A stretch of DNA of 64,000 bases, from positions 108,974-172,973 of IMG/VR virus record IMGVR_UViG_3300021185_003351, one strand, 5' to 3'. The notes under the pieces are model-generated. The model searched no databases. It saw only the letters and a program-made list of their open reading frames with translations, and was not told the origin of the DNA. This document shows, in pieces, positions 1-10,141 of this stretch (its first letter is position 1; each line of letters starts with the position of its first letter). Source of the DNA: a virus. The position numbers and the translations under genes were made by a program.

Positions 1-138
1 GTATGTATAGATGGAATTTGTGACACAATGCCAAGATATTGTTCAAATTGGTCCGGTCGTAAGTTTGCACTTTGGCCATATTTTGGAGGAGACGAACCAG
101 CTCCTCATGATATAACGATTAAAATAAAAAATATATAA
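1..138 (+). CDS. 3' end of an unknown CDS (partial, ...PYFGGDEPAPHDITIKIKNI)
   Basis: Open frame 1 from the window start to TAA at 136-138, overlapping the phoH ATG. Confidence 0.6.
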   Translation, partial: VCIDGICDTMPRYCSNWSGRKFALWPYFGGDEPAPHDITIKIKNI

Positions 139-800
139 TGCCAGATAATAAAGACAAAAATCCTCCGAAAGGAAACATAAAATTTAATATTACATTATCA
201 GATGAACAAAAATTAGCTAAAGCTGAGATATTACACCATCCTTACAATTTTATTATAGGTAAGGCTGGAAGTGGAAAAACCTTATTAGCAGTACAGGTTG
301 CATTGGATATGTTTTTTAAAAGAAGTGTTAATCAAATTATTATTACTAGACCAACTGTATCAAATGAAGATAATGGTTATTTACCTGGATCATTAAATGA
401 AAAAATGGAACCTTGGTTAGTACCAATTCGTTCTAATATGAGAAAAGTTTATAATAAACCAGCTATACTTGAAAAAATGGAAAATGATGAAAATATTGAG
501 TTAGTATCGTTATCCCATTTTAGAGGCAGGACATTTGAAAATGCTTGTGTGATTATAGACGAGTTTCAAAATTTAACTAAACAACAACTAGGGATGGTAT
601 TAGGTAGATTAGGTAAAAACTCAACTATGATATTAACAGGCGACCCACAACAAATAGATTTAAAATTTGGTAATGACTCAGCTATACATGATGTTCCTAA
701 AGTAAAAGATTCAAAATTTGTTCATGCTGTTACTTTAAAGGATAATCATCGACATTCAGCACTAAACGAAGTATTGAGATTATTACAATCATATTCATAA
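138..800 (+). CDS. phoH: PhoH-family ATPase
   Basis: GKAGSGKT Walker A, ITRP, GYLPG, RGRTF, IIDEFQN and GDPQQID motifs. Confidence 0.95.
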   Translation: MPDNKDKNPPKGNIKFNITLSDEQKLAKAEILHHPYNFIIGKAGSGKTLLAVQVALDMFFKRSVNQIIITRPTVSNEDNGYLPGSLNEKMEPWLVPIRSNMRKVYNKPAILEKMENDENIELVSLSHFRGRTFENACVIIDEFQNLTKQQLGMVLGRLGKNSTMILTGDPQQIDLKFGNDSAIHDVPKVKDSKFVHAVTLKDNHRHSALNEVLRLLQSYS

Positions 801-802
801 AC

Positions 803-831
803 TTGGATATTACATAATTATTTCTTATTAT
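803..831 (+). promoter_or_regulatory. Class M promoter TTGGAT-N17-TATTAT
   Basis: One of 14 same-spacing copies upstream of ORF starts. Confidence 0.75.
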
Positions 832-842
832 ATAATAAAAAT

Positions 843-1877
843 ATGATTAGATATGGTTATGCATGTGTCAATCAGACACTAACAAGTAGACCCAAGAATG
901 AAGGTGGTAGAGTTACTACTTCAAGGACTGCACGTAAAGCTTCTTGGTATCCCGATAATTTACAGCTTATTTCAGATAAAGCATTAGACAATGCTAAAGA
1001 TTTACTTACTTATCTGAAATGGAATGACGACCATGGTATTACTTTATTTCGTGTAGGCTCCGAATTATTTCCATGGCATGATCAATATGAATTACATGAT
1101 TTACCTGACTTTGAAGAAATTGCTTATCACTTGCATGCAGCTGGAGAATTTGCTAGAGACAATGGACATAGACTAACTACTCATCCTGGACCGTTCCATG
1201 TATTAGGTTCTCCTAGGCAAGATGTTGTAGAAAAAAGTATTATTGGTCTAGAACGACACTCTGAAATGTTTGATATTATGGGTTATGAGCCGTCCTTTGA
1301 GAATAAGATTAATATACATGTTGCTGGCGCATATGGTGATCGTGAAGCTACTGCTAAGCGGTGGATCAAGACCTGGAGACGATTATCTGAGTCTTGTAGA
1401 TCTAGATTAGTACTAGAGAATGATGATAAGGCATCTATGTATAGTGTAAGGCATCTATACGAGCTTATACACCAAGAAATTGGTATTCCCATTACATTTG
1501 ACTATTGGCATCATACCTTTTGTACAGGCGATTTATCTGAACGTGAGGCATTCTTTATGGCAAGATCTACTTGGGAGAAGTATGGTGTAACTCAATGTAC
1601 TCATTATTCTGAGTCTAGACGAAACGAAAAAAAAGCTTTCTTGAATGAAGTATGTAGCAAGCATGGTATTTCGTGGGATGAAATTGATAGCTGGCCTACC
1701 TTTGCAAAGTTCAAGAAAGAATTCTCAAAGATAAAAGAGCCTGCCCATGCAGATTATATTGTGAATACTCCTAATACTTATAATGTTGATAATCTAGACA
1801 TAGTAGTTGAAGCTAAGGCAAAAGAGTTAGCTATTTTACCGGTATTGGAAAAACAAAAAGAATTACTTATATTATAA
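843..1877 (+). CDS. uvsE: UV-damage endonuclease (UvsE/UVDE family)
   Basis: GYAC N-terminus, FRVGSELFP, THPGPF, LVLENDD, FDYWHH, HAD and EAKAKE motifs. Confidence 0.93.
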   Translation: MIRYGYACVNQTLTSRPKNEGGRVTTSRTARKASWYPDNLQLISDKALDNAKDLLTYLKWNDDHGITLFRVGSELFPWHDQYELHDLPDFEEIAYHLHAAGEFARDNGHRLTTHPGPFHVLGSPRQDVVEKSIIGLERHSEMFDIMGYEPSFENKINIHVAGAYGDREATAKRWIKTWRRLSESCRSRLVLENDDKASMYSVRHLYELIHQEIGIPITFDYWHHTFCTGDLSEREAFFMARSTWEKYGVTQCTHYSESRRNEKKAFLNEVCSKHGISWDEIDSWPTFAKFKKEFSKIKEPAHADYIVNTPNTYNVDNLDIVVEAKAKELAILPVLEKQKELLIL

Positions 1878-1879
1878 TT

Positions 1880-2107
1880 ATGATAGACTTATTAGGATGG
1901 ATTAGTACTGGATTAGTATTATTAGGGTATGTTTATAATGCTCGCCAATTAACTATATATGCAATGATTGCATGGATTATAGGAGATACAGGATGGATAA
2001 TATATGATTTCTTTATCGATAATTTTAGTCATCTAGTACTAAGTTTTGTTATTATATCAATTAATATATACGGAATGTATAACATAAAAAAAGCAGAAAA
2101 ACAATAA
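1880..2107 (+). CDS. Small three-TM membrane protein
   Basis: 75 aa, hydrophobic segments. Confidence 0.6.
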   Translation: MIDLLGWISTGLVLLGYVYNARQLTIYAMIAWIIGDTGWIIYDFFIDNFSHLVLSFVIISINIYGMYNIKKAEKQ

Positions 2108-4627
2108 ATGTATCAAAATATAGCATATCATAAGAAAACTGGCACAATGCATGTATGGGATGACGAATTAGGTCATAAAACTTTTAAGTTTACTCCATAT
2201 GGATATATTCCAGATACAAATGGAGAATATGTATCACTAAATGGCACTAAATTATCAAAGACTCCAGGCAATCATAGAGATAATTCAGATGCATATGAAT
2301 CTGATTTAAATGAAGAGGTTAGAACATTAATAGACTTATATTATGAGTCTGATTTAGTATCCACTGGTCATTCCGACTTCTTTTTTGATATTGAAACAGC
2401 AAAAGATGCAGATGGATATTCTACTCCAGAAGATGTTAGAACCGAAATAACATCAATAGCATATTATGACAAAGTTGGCAAAGATAGGAGAGTATTAGTA
2501 TTGGATAAAGCAAACAGATTATCTGATGACATTATATACGGTGATAACTATACTGTTGAGGTATTTGATAATGAAGCAAATTTGCTAATTAAATTTATTA
2601 ACTATTTTTCAGAAATACAACCTACTGTTATAACTGGCTGGAATACTGATGGGTATGATATTCCATATCTTATTAATAGAATTAAAAAAGTATTAGGTCC
2701 TAAGTCTGCCAATAAATTATCTCCAGCTGGAATTGTAGAATGGAATAAACATCGTGAAAGATATAAAATATTTGGAGTTTCTAGTTTAGATTATATTAAA
2801 TTATATAAAAACTTCACATATACAGAACTTCCTAATTATAGATTAGATACAGTAGGTAAAACAGAGTTAGGTAAAGGTAAAATTGAATATGATGGTGACT
2901 TAGATGATTTATTTGTTTCAGACATTAACAAGTTCATAGAATATAATATGACTGATGTTGATCTTGTATATGAGTTGGATGAAAAATTACAATTAATCAA
3001 CTTAGCAAGAACTATATGCCATAAAGGACATGTTCCATATGAAGATGTTTATTACGCATCTAAATATCTTGATGGTGCAGCTATTGTAGATTTAAAAAGA
3101 AACGGATTAGTAGCTCCAAATAAACAATTTAGATTTGTTGAAGATGAAGAGCAGAATAAATTAGCCGGTGCATATGTTATGCCTCCTATACCAGGCCTAT
3201 ATAAATGGATATACGATTTAGATTTAACATCTCTATATCCATCCATCATAATGAGCCTTAATATATCTCCAGAAACTAAAATAGGTGTTATTCCAAATTG
3301 GAAACAAGAATCATTGCTAAGTAAAGAGCCTGTTAGTGTAGTATGTAACGGCCAGACTATTCCAGATATTAAACAATGGCTAATTGATAATAAATTTACT
3401 GTTGCAAGTAATGGAGTAGTATATGATACTAGAAGTAAAGGATTCTTACCAAAGATATTAGAAAAATGGTTTGATGAACGTGTTAAATTTAAAAATGAAC
3501 GAGATAATCATGAAGTAGGAAGTGATAAGTATAAATTTTATGATGCAATGCAATTAACACAAAAAGTATTGTTAAATTCATTTTATGGAGTATTAGGATT
3601 AAAGACATTTAGATTTCATGATTTAGATAACGCAGGAGCTATCACAGCAACTGGCCAAAGTGTTATTAAATTTTCTGCAAAAGTTATTAATGGGTACTAT
3701 AAGAAAGAAGTTGGTAAAGATTATTTTATTAATGCTAATGGCAATAAAGCAGAATTTTCATTCTATACAGATACAGATTCAACATTTGTATCTAGTTTAC
3801 CTTTAATAGAAAAAAGATATCCTGGATTTGATGAATCTGATGAAAAGTTTATGATTGAAAAAACAAATGAAATAGCATCTGAAATACAATCGCATGTAAA
3901 TAAAATGTATGATCAATATGCAGTTCATTTTCATAATACATTTGATCATAGATGGCAAATTAAACAAGAATATGTTGCTAAGTCTGGTCTGTGGATAGCA
4001 AAAAAGAGATATGCTCAGTGGGTAATATTTAAAGAAGGTAAACCTACGGATAAAATGGATATAAAAGGATTAGACGTAGTCAGATCATCTTTCCCTACTG
4101 AATTTAAAACTATAATGAAAGAAACATTATGGTATATACTCAAAGAAAAGTCAAAGAATGCCACAACTAACTTAATAATGGATTTCAAAGACAAAATACA
4201 AGATTCTCCAATATTGGATGTCATGAAGAATACAGGTGTTAAAAATATCACAAAGTATACTAAAGGAAGAAAAACATTATCTGGATATCCATTAGGAACC
4301 CCAGTACATGTTAAATCTTCAATAAATTACAATGATATGCTTAAACATTTAGGTATAAATAAAAATGCAAAAAACTTTGCAGATATACAAAATGGAGATA
4401 AGATTAAATGGGCGTATCTTAAAACAAATCAAATGGGGTTTGATACCATTGCACTTAGAGGTTATGAAGATCCAACCCAAATAACAGAATTTGTTGAAAA
4501 ATTTATTGATAGAAATAAAATATTTGACAGAGAGATACGTGGAAAGTTAGATGACTTTTACGCATCAATGAATTGGGATAAACTTCCTGAAAATAATAAT
4601 ATGAATAAGTTCTTTTCATTTGGATAA
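2108..4627 (+). CDS. polB: DNA polymerase, family B, with 3'-5' exonuclease
   Basis: ExoI FDIET, ExoII GWNTDGYDIPY, ExoIII YNMTD; Pol DLTSLYPS, KVLLNSFYG, YTDTDS, KKRYA. Confidence 0.97.
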   Translation: MYQNIAYHKKTGTMHVWDDELGHKTFKFTPYGYIPDTNGEYVSLNGTKLSKTPGNHRDNSDAYESDLNEEVRTLIDLYYESDLVSTGHSDFFFDIETAKDADGYSTPEDVRTEITSIAYYDKVGKDRRVLVLDKANRLSDDIIYGDNYTVEVFDNEANLLIKFINYFSEIQPTVITGWNTDGYDIPYLINRIKKVLGPKSANKLSPAGIVEWNKHRERYKIFGVSSLDYIKLYKNFTYTELPNYRLDTVGKTELGKGKIEYDGDLDDLFVSDINKFIEYNMTDVDLVYELDEKLQLINLARTICHKGHVPYEDVYYASKYLDGAAIVDLKRNGLVAPNKQFRFVEDEEQNKLAGAYVMPPIPGLYKWIYDLDLTSLYPSIIMSLNISPETKIGVIPNWKQESLLSKEPVSVVCNGQTIPDIKQWLIDNKFTVASNGVVYDTRSKGFLPKILEKWFDERVKFKNERDNHEVGSDKYKFYDAMQLTQKVLLNSFYGVLGLKTFRFHDLDNAGAITATGQSVIKFSAKVINGYYKKEVGKDYFINANGNKAEFSFYTDTDSTFVSSLPLIEKRYPGFDESDEKFMIEKTNEIASEIQSHVNKMYDQYAVHFHNTFDHRWQIKQEYVAKSGLWIAKKRYAQWVIFKEGKPTDKMDIKGLDVVRSSFPTEFKTIMKETLWYILKEKSKNATTNLIMDFKDKIQDSPILDVMKNTGVKNITKYTKGRKTLSGYPLGTPVHVKSSINYNDMLKHLGINKNAKNFADIQNGDKIKWAYLKTNQMGFDTIALRGYEDPTQITEFVEKFIDRNKIFDREIRGKLDDFYASMNWDKLPENNNMNKFFSFG

Positions 4628-4648
4628 TTCAATAAAATTAATTATAAT
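4620..4648 (+). promoter_or_regulatory. Class M promoter TTGGAT-N17-TATAAT driving the modification/clamp operon
   Basis: Motif match with 17-nt spacer, 11 nt before ATG 4660. Confidence 0.7.
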
Positions 4649-4659
4649 AAAGAAAAAAT

Positions 4660-5112
4660 ATGTACGGTAAGCATCAATGGAAAGGTAGAGAAGTAGAAGG
4701 TCGTTATTCAGATCTTATGACTTTCTTCGTAAGAGACTTAAATCATAATATTAAAAAAACTTATGGTTTAGAAGTAGAAAATTTTAATGAATATCCTCAT
4801 TATTATTTTACAATTGAATTCATGAAAAAGTCTATGAAAGACGAAAAATATTTGGAAAGTATTAGACGTATATTAGATGAATCAAATTGTGCTGTAACTA
4901 TAGAAGCTACTAAAGACACTTTAGACACAATTAAACCAGACTTATTTAATAGATGTCATATTATATATAGAATTTCAGATCCTTATTTAGAAATGCTTAA
5001 AGACACTGACACATTATCAATCGATGCAGGTTGGTATAGAGTTCATCAAGTAACTAAATGTAATATGATGGAAATTCAACCAGATAACTATAAATTTGAC
5101 GAAGAAATATGA
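4660..5112 (+). CDS. Hypothetical protein, first gene of the DNA-modification operon
   Basis: 150 aa ORF overlapping the next gene (ATGA). Confidence 0.75.
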   Translation: MYGKHQWKGREVEGRYSDLMTFFVRDLNHNIKKTYGLEVENFNEYPHYYFTIEFMKKSMKDEKYLESIRRILDESNCAVTIEATKDTLDTIKPDLFNRCHIIYRISDPYLEMLKDTDTLSIDAGWYRVHQVTKCNMMEIQPDNYKFDEEI

Positions 5113-5456
5113 AATATTCAGTAGTTGTATCATTTAGCGTAGAAGGATTTCATTGTTGGCCAGAAGCTAAAGAAATTTTCCCGGAAGTTGGATTTTTATC
5201 TGACAGACATAGGCATATGTTTGGATTCCGTTGCTATGCAAAAGTAACACATACAGATAGAGATGAAGAATTTATTTTAATGCAAAGAAAATTAAAAAAA
5301 CAACTAAGAACTAATTTTGGTGGTAATATATTAGAATTTGGTAGAATGAGTTGTGAAGATATAGGCGCTTGGATTTTAGAACAAAATAATAATTTGTATA
5401 AAGTAGAAGTTTGGGAAGATTGGGAAAACGGAGCAATAGTAGAATTAGGTTATTAA
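5109..5456 (+). CDS. QueD/6-pyruvoyl-tetrahydropterin synthase-like T-fold protein
   Basis: GFHCW, HRHMF (HxH metal site), SCE and EVWEDWENGA motifs; size fits a T-fold. Confidence 0.7.
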   Translation: MKYSVVVSFSVEGFHCWPEAKEIFPEVGFLSDRHRHMFGFRCYAKVTHTDRDEEFILMQRKLKKQLRTNFGGNILEFGRMSCEDIGAWILEQNNNLYKVEVWEDWENGAIVELGY

Positions 5457-5457
5457 T

Positions 5458-6645
5458 ATGAAAAAAGTATTTTATTTTGGTTTAGAGCCTTTAAAGGCTA
5501 GATATACATATCAGTTATCTAAAGAATGGATGCCGGCAACATTCCAGCCATATGTTGATGCAGGTAAAATTGAATATATTGATGTAGAAGGAGAATTTGA
5601 TCCAGATCAACAAATTAAAATTGGAGCTGTATTAGATGCAGTAGGTAGAGGTAAGTTTGCTATGAGTCAATGTAGCAACTTTTTAGATATGATGAATCGA
5701 GATGAGGTTAGAGACGGAGATGTTATATTTTTACAAGACTATTGGCATCCAGGTATCGGATCTATTTTGTATGCAGCTGATTTATATGGTATTAAATTGG
5801 AAATATATGCAATGTTACATGCTCAAAGTGTAGATGAATATGATTTTACATATCCTATGAGAACATGGATGCGAGGTTTTGAATTAGGTTTAGACAAAAG
5901 AATGACAGGTATATTTGTAGGATCTAGTATTCATAAAGAACAACTACGAGTAGCTGGATTTGAATCTCCAATACATGTTGTTTCATTACCAATTCATAAA
6001 CAAGCTACATTAGACAAATTGCCTAGTTATAACTCCGGTGCAGAAAGAAAACCATTTGTTGTATACTCTAGCAGATTAGACAAAGAGAAAAATCCATTTT
6101 TCATGATGGAAGTAGCAACAGAATTTCTACAAGAATATACAGATTGGGAATGGCACATAACTACCTCAGGCAAAGAGTTTAGATCAATGTTACCAGGCGT
6201 TATTGATAAATTAAGATCATTAGCAAAACAAGAGCCTAGATTTAAATTATTAGAAGGATTAACAAAAGAAGAATATTATACAGAGTTATCTACTTGCAGT
6301 ATACAGTTTAATTCAGCTTTACAAGATTATGTATCATGGACTGTAATTGAAGCTACTGCTTTTGGAGCAGATATTGTATATCCTAATTTTAGATCATTTC
6401 CAGAATTTATTGACAGTAAAAGAATGTATAAACCATTTAATGTACAATCTGCATTAGATACATTTAGTGATGTAATGCTGTTTCCTAATAGACACAATGA
6501 AATAGTAGATATATCTGATCTAGGTAGACAAATGGAAGGATACATTGTAGCAAATGGTATTAATCAAGAAATTAATGTTTGGCATGAAGCCGAATATTGT
6601 AAAATTTTATTAAATAAAAAAGAGGAAAAACATGAAAATAGATAA
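5458..6645 (+). CDS. GT-B fold glycosyltransferase (candidate DNA-base glycosyltransferase)
   Basis: SSRLDKEKNP and C-terminal QDYVSWTVIEATAFGADIVYP GT-B signature; lies between the QueD-like and DpdA-like genes. Confidence 0.8.
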   Translation: MKKVFYFGLEPLKARYTYQLSKEWMPATFQPYVDAGKIEYIDVEGEFDPDQQIKIGAVLDAVGRGKFAMSQCSNFLDMMNRDEVRDGDVIFLQDYWHPGIGSILYAADLYGIKLEIYAMLHAQSVDEYDFTYPMRTWMRGFELGLDKRMTGIFVGSSIHKEQLRVAGFESPIHVVSLPIHKQATLDKLPSYNSGAERKPFVVYSSRLDKEKNPFFMMEVATEFLQEYTDWEWHITTSGKEFRSMLPGVIDKLRSLAKQEPRFKLLEGLTKEEYYTELSTCSIQFNSALQDYVSWTVIEATAFGADIVYPNFRSFPEFIDSKRMYKPFNVQSALDTFSDVMLFPNRHNEIVDISDLGRQMEGYIVANGINQEINVWHEAEYCKILLNKKEEKHENR

Positions 6646-6811
6646 ACAAGGTTTAGAAGAAATTAGAAGTACTATTGAAACTCCCTTTAAAGCTTTAGCA
6701 GAACAGCTAAGTGATAAAGGATGTTTAGATAAACAATCTGCAGAAATAGTAACATTTATATTTTCGAAAATTGAAACTCTCGGAGATTCATCATGGGAAG
6801 TAATTGATTAA
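6632..6811 (+). CDS. Small hypothetical protein (59 aa, MKIDKQGLEEIRS...), not in the ORF track
   Basis: Fills the gap exactly; its TAA overlaps the next ATG. Confidence 0.65.
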   Translation: MKIDKQGLEEIRSTIETPFKALAEQLSDKGCLDKQSAEIVTFIFSKIETLGDSSWEVID

Positions 6812-8061
6812 TGGATAAAAATTTTATATATTATCCATCGTTATCAGCTGGTAGTATGGTGTCTGCATTCAAAAAGAATACAAAATTTGAGGATGGAACT
6901 ACAACAAGATTCTTTTCAAAAGAGTATCCTGCAGAATGGAGACATCCATATTTCTTAATCACTGCTGGACATCATTTCAAAAAGATGGATTTTCGTGATC
7001 AGTTAGGTTTAGATGATGAGGTATTAGTATTCGGAGATTCAGGCGGATTCCAAATAGCAACAGGAGCTTTAAAGTGGGACGGTACTATTCGTGAAAGAAT
7101 ATTTGAATGGTTAGAACATAATTCAGATGTAGCAGCAAATTTAGATATTCCACCAAGAGCAAAATATGAAAATAGATTTGCCGAATCCATGGATATTAGT
7201 TTTGATAATTTTAAATATTTTGAATCTAAACAAACTGGAAAAACTGATTTCTTAAATGTTATACAAGGAACATATACAGAAGAATATGAAGAATGGTATC
7301 ATAAGTTTAAGGATTTTGCATTTAATGGTTGGTGTATCGGAGGCCCTAAGAAATTAGTAGATTTCATGTATGTTATTGCTTTAATGTTAAAGGAACGAGA
7401 ATTTGAAAAGAATCATGTAAAGTATATACATTTACTAGGAATATCAAAAATATCAGACTTTTTTATATTAGCAACATTACAAAAGTTAATTAACAAATTA
7501 ACTGATAACAGAGTATTATTCTCAACAGATTCTAGTTCACCAGGACAATATCCAGTATTTGGAACATATTTACATTCTGGGAATTATAAAACTCAAACAT
7601 TTACAGAATTATACTTTCCAAAAAATAATGAATATAGAAGAAAATCTCATGCTAATAGATCTAATAAAACAGTAGCCATTGACACTACTAAACACGTGCC
7701 ATGTAGTTTAGGCTGCCCTGCTTGTAATGATTTTACATATGATTATTTAGGAGGCCAGACAGCAACTGGGTTAGATAGATATAGCCAAGAAGGTATGCCT
7801 AGAATGGTTATACATAATACTCATTTATATGTCGACATTGCAAAAGATGTAAGCAAACTAGTAAATAATCATGTTGAATTGTTAGAAACAGCAATTCCAA
7901 AACCATTATACGATGTTATATTATCATTACACGATATGTTTGCCGATCCAGACAATGCAATGAGAGTATATGCGACTTATAAAAAAACATACAAAAAGTT
8001 TGGTGGTGATAGTATATCAACTACTGACGCAAATCAATTCAATAAATTCTTTAAATTTTAA
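6811..8061 (+). CDS. dpdA: DpdA/TGT-like 7-deazaguanine transglycosylase
   Basis: DSGGFQ, LDIPP, VIQG, GWCIGG, HLLG, DSSS, CxxxCxxC...H Zn site typical of the TGT superfamily. Confidence 0.82.
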   Translation: MDKNFIYYPSLSAGSMVSAFKKNTKFEDGTTTRFFSKEYPAEWRHPYFLITAGHHFKKMDFRDQLGLDDEVLVFGDSGGFQIATGALKWDGTIRERIFEWLEHNSDVAANLDIPPRAKYENRFAESMDISFDNFKYFESKQTGKTDFLNVIQGTYTEEYEEWYHKFKDFAFNGWCIGGPKKLVDFMYVIALMLKEREFEKNHVKYIHLLGISKISDFFILATLQKLINKLTDNRVLFSTDSSSPGQYPVFGTYLHSGNYKTQTFTELYFPKNNEYRRKSHANRSNKTVAIDTTKHVPCSLGCPACNDFTYDYLGGQTATGLDRYSQEGMPRMVIHNTHLYVDIAKDVSKLVNNHVELLETAIPKPLYDVILSLHDMFADPDNAMRVYATYKKTYKKFGGDSISTTDANQFNKFFKF

Positions 8062-8073
8062 AAATAAAAGCAA

Positions 8074-8781
8074 ATGGAAAAAAGTAAATTACAATCGTTT
8101 ATTAACAGATATTATCTAGCAGGAAATTGCGAAGCTGTAACTGTTAAAGCAAATGGTCAGTCTGTTAATTGTGAATTAATAGATGTTGATCAAACAGTAG
8201 TCGGAAAAATAAAATGGAAAACAGATCCATTTATGTCTGGCGAATTAGGTATTAATCATACAGGTGGATTAACAAAAATGTTATCCGCAGTAGGTGAAAA
8301 TATCGATATCAATGTACAAGAGTCTGCAGGTAAGAATTATGCTATGAAGATCAAAGAAGGAAGTACCACAATGACTTTCATGTTAGCTGATACTTCTGTT
8401 ATACCAGCAGTTCCTGCAATTAACGCAGAACCAGAATATAATGTTACAATTGATATTGATGAATTATTTGTTAATAAATTTATAAAAGCAAAAAATGCAT
8501 TACCAGACGCAAAGAATTTTGCAGTACAAGTACAAAACGGTAAAATAAAGTTTATTATTAATTATACAACTATTAATTCAGACAATGTTACATTTGAAAT
8601 AGATGGTGGTACAGAAGCAATGGAACCAATTTGTTTCTCTGCAGATAAACTAAAAGAAGTATTAACTGCAAATAAAGGAGATAAAGGTACAATGCATTTT
8701 TCATCTAAAGGATTAGCTAGAATAGATTTTACAGGTCCTGACTTTGATTCAAATTATTGGTTAGTTCAATTACAAAATTAA
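8074..8781 (+). CDS. Sliding clamp (gp45/PCNA-like processivity factor)
   Basis: 235 aa alpha/beta protein next to clamp-loader genes; C-terminal NYWLV pattern. Confidence 0.7.
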   Translation: MEKSKLQSFINRYYLAGNCEAVTVKANGQSVNCELIDVDQTVVGKIKWKTDPFMSGELGINHTGGLTKMLSAVGENIDINVQESAGKNYAMKIKEGSTTMTFMLADTSVIPAVPAINAEPEYNVTIDIDELFVNKFIKAKNALPDAKNFAVQVQNGKIKFIINYTTINSDNVTFEIDGGTEAMEPICFSADKLKEVLTANKGDKGTMHFSSKGLARIDFTGPDFDSNYWLVQLQN

Positions 8782-8782
8782 T

Positions 8783-9211
8783 ATGGAAGTACGAGTAATA
8801 AATAAATCAGACAACGATCTTCCTGGCTATGAAACTATAGGTAGTGCCGGATGTGATGTTAGATCAACTCATGGAGCAATAATAGGACCTGGATTGAGTA
8901 CTTTAATTAAAACTGGGTTATATGTAGAAATACCAGTAGGTTATGAAATACAAGTGAGGCCAAGAAGTGGATTAGCATATAAAAAACAAATAACGGTTTT
9001 AAATAGTCCTGGCACTATAGACGCAGATTATAGAGGAGAAATTGGAGTAATTATAATTAATCACGGATTATCAAAAGTTACTTTAGAAAAAGGCGAACGA
9101 ATAGGACAATTAGTATTAAATAAAGTTGAACAAATAAAATGGAATCCTGTATTAGCATTAGCCGACACTACGAGAGGTTCTGGAGGATTTGGATCAACAG
9201 GAAAACAATAA
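8783..9211 (+). CDS. dut: Trimeric dUTPase
   Basis: AGCD, RPRSG, GTIDADYRGEI and RGSGGFGSTG motifs. Confidence 0.97.
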   Translation: MEVRVINKSDNDLPGYETIGSAGCDVRSTHGAIIGPGLSTLIKTGLYVEIPVGYEIQVRPRSGLAYKKQITVLNSPGTIDADYRGEIGVIIINHGLSKVTLEKGERIGQLVLNKVEQIKWNPVLALADTTRGSGGFGSTGKQ

Positions 9212-9214
9212 ATT

Positions 9215-10141
9215 ATGTTTGGAGTAACAGAAAATACACTTTGGGTAGAAGCATTTAGACCTGATACATTAGATGGATATATTGGTAATGAGCATATCAT
9301 TGATAAAGTTAAAATATTCATTGAAAATGGAGATGTTCCACATTTGCTATTTTATGGAGGAGCAGGCACAGGTAAGACTACATTAGCAAAAATTATTGCA
9401 AATAATGTAGATGCAGATTTAATGTACATTAATGCATCTGATGAAAACTCAGTAGACGCAGTAAGAGATAAAATAAAAAGATATGCATCTACAGTAGGAT
9501 TTAAAAGATGGAAAATTGTTATATTAGATGAAGCTGATTATCTTACCCCAAATGCACAAGCAGCATTGAGAAATATAATGGAAACATATAGTAAAACTAC
9601 TAGATTTATTCTAACATGTAACTATGTTGAAAAAATTATAGATCCAATTCAAAGTAGATGTCAAACATTTGGTATTGCACCTCCTAGCAAAAAAGATGTA
9701 GCTCAACGATTAGTTACAGTATTAGAAGAAAAACAAGTTGAATATGACATTAAAGATGTTGCAGCTATTATTAATTCTTCATATCCTGATATACGTAGAG
9801 CAATTAATGCAGCACAAAGCCATGTAGTTAAAGGTAAGTTAACATTAGACAAAAATAGCGTTGTACAAGCTAATTATATGACTAAATTACTAGAGTTATT
9901 AAAGAATGTAACAGATAAAAAAGAAACATTTAAAAGTATCCGACAAATTATAGCAGATAGCAAAGTTAAAGATTTTACACCGCTATATACTTATTTGTAT
10001 GAAAATTTAGATGAATTTGCAACTGGATCTATTGCTTCTTGTATATTAATTATAGCAGAATCTCAGTATACTGATTCTCATGTAGTAGATAAAGAAATAA
10101 ATATAATGGCAATGTTTGTTAAATTAATGAATGAATTATGA
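9215..10141 (+). CDS. Clamp loader AAA+ subunit (RFC small/gp44-like)
   Basis: LWVEAFRP, GGAGTGKTT, NASDE, LDEAD and SRC motifs. Confidence 0.95.
   Translation: MFGVTENTLWVEAFRPDTLDGYIGNEHIIDKVKIFIENGDVPHLLFYGGAGTGKTTLAKIIANNVDADLMYINASDENSVDAVRDKIKRYASTVGFKRWKIVILDEADYLTPNAQAALRNIMETYSKTTRFILTCNYVEKIIDPIQSRCQTFGIAPPSKKDVAQRLVTVLEEKQVEYDIKDVAAIINSSYPDIRRAINAAQSHVVKGKLTLDKNSVVQANYMTKLLELLKNVTDKKETFKSIRQIIADSKVKDFTPLYTYLYENLDEFATGSIASCILIIAESQYTDSHVVDKEINIMAMFVKLMNEL

Noticed and set aside
2108-4627. Intein or intron in the DNA polymerase
   Set aside because: The 839-aa protein has contiguous motifs and no insertion
6811-8061. Ordinary tRNA-guanine transglycosylase (tgt)
   Set aside because: It lacks the TPxFMPVGT N-terminus of bacterial Tgt and sits in a DNA replication operon; DpdA-like is preferred but not proven
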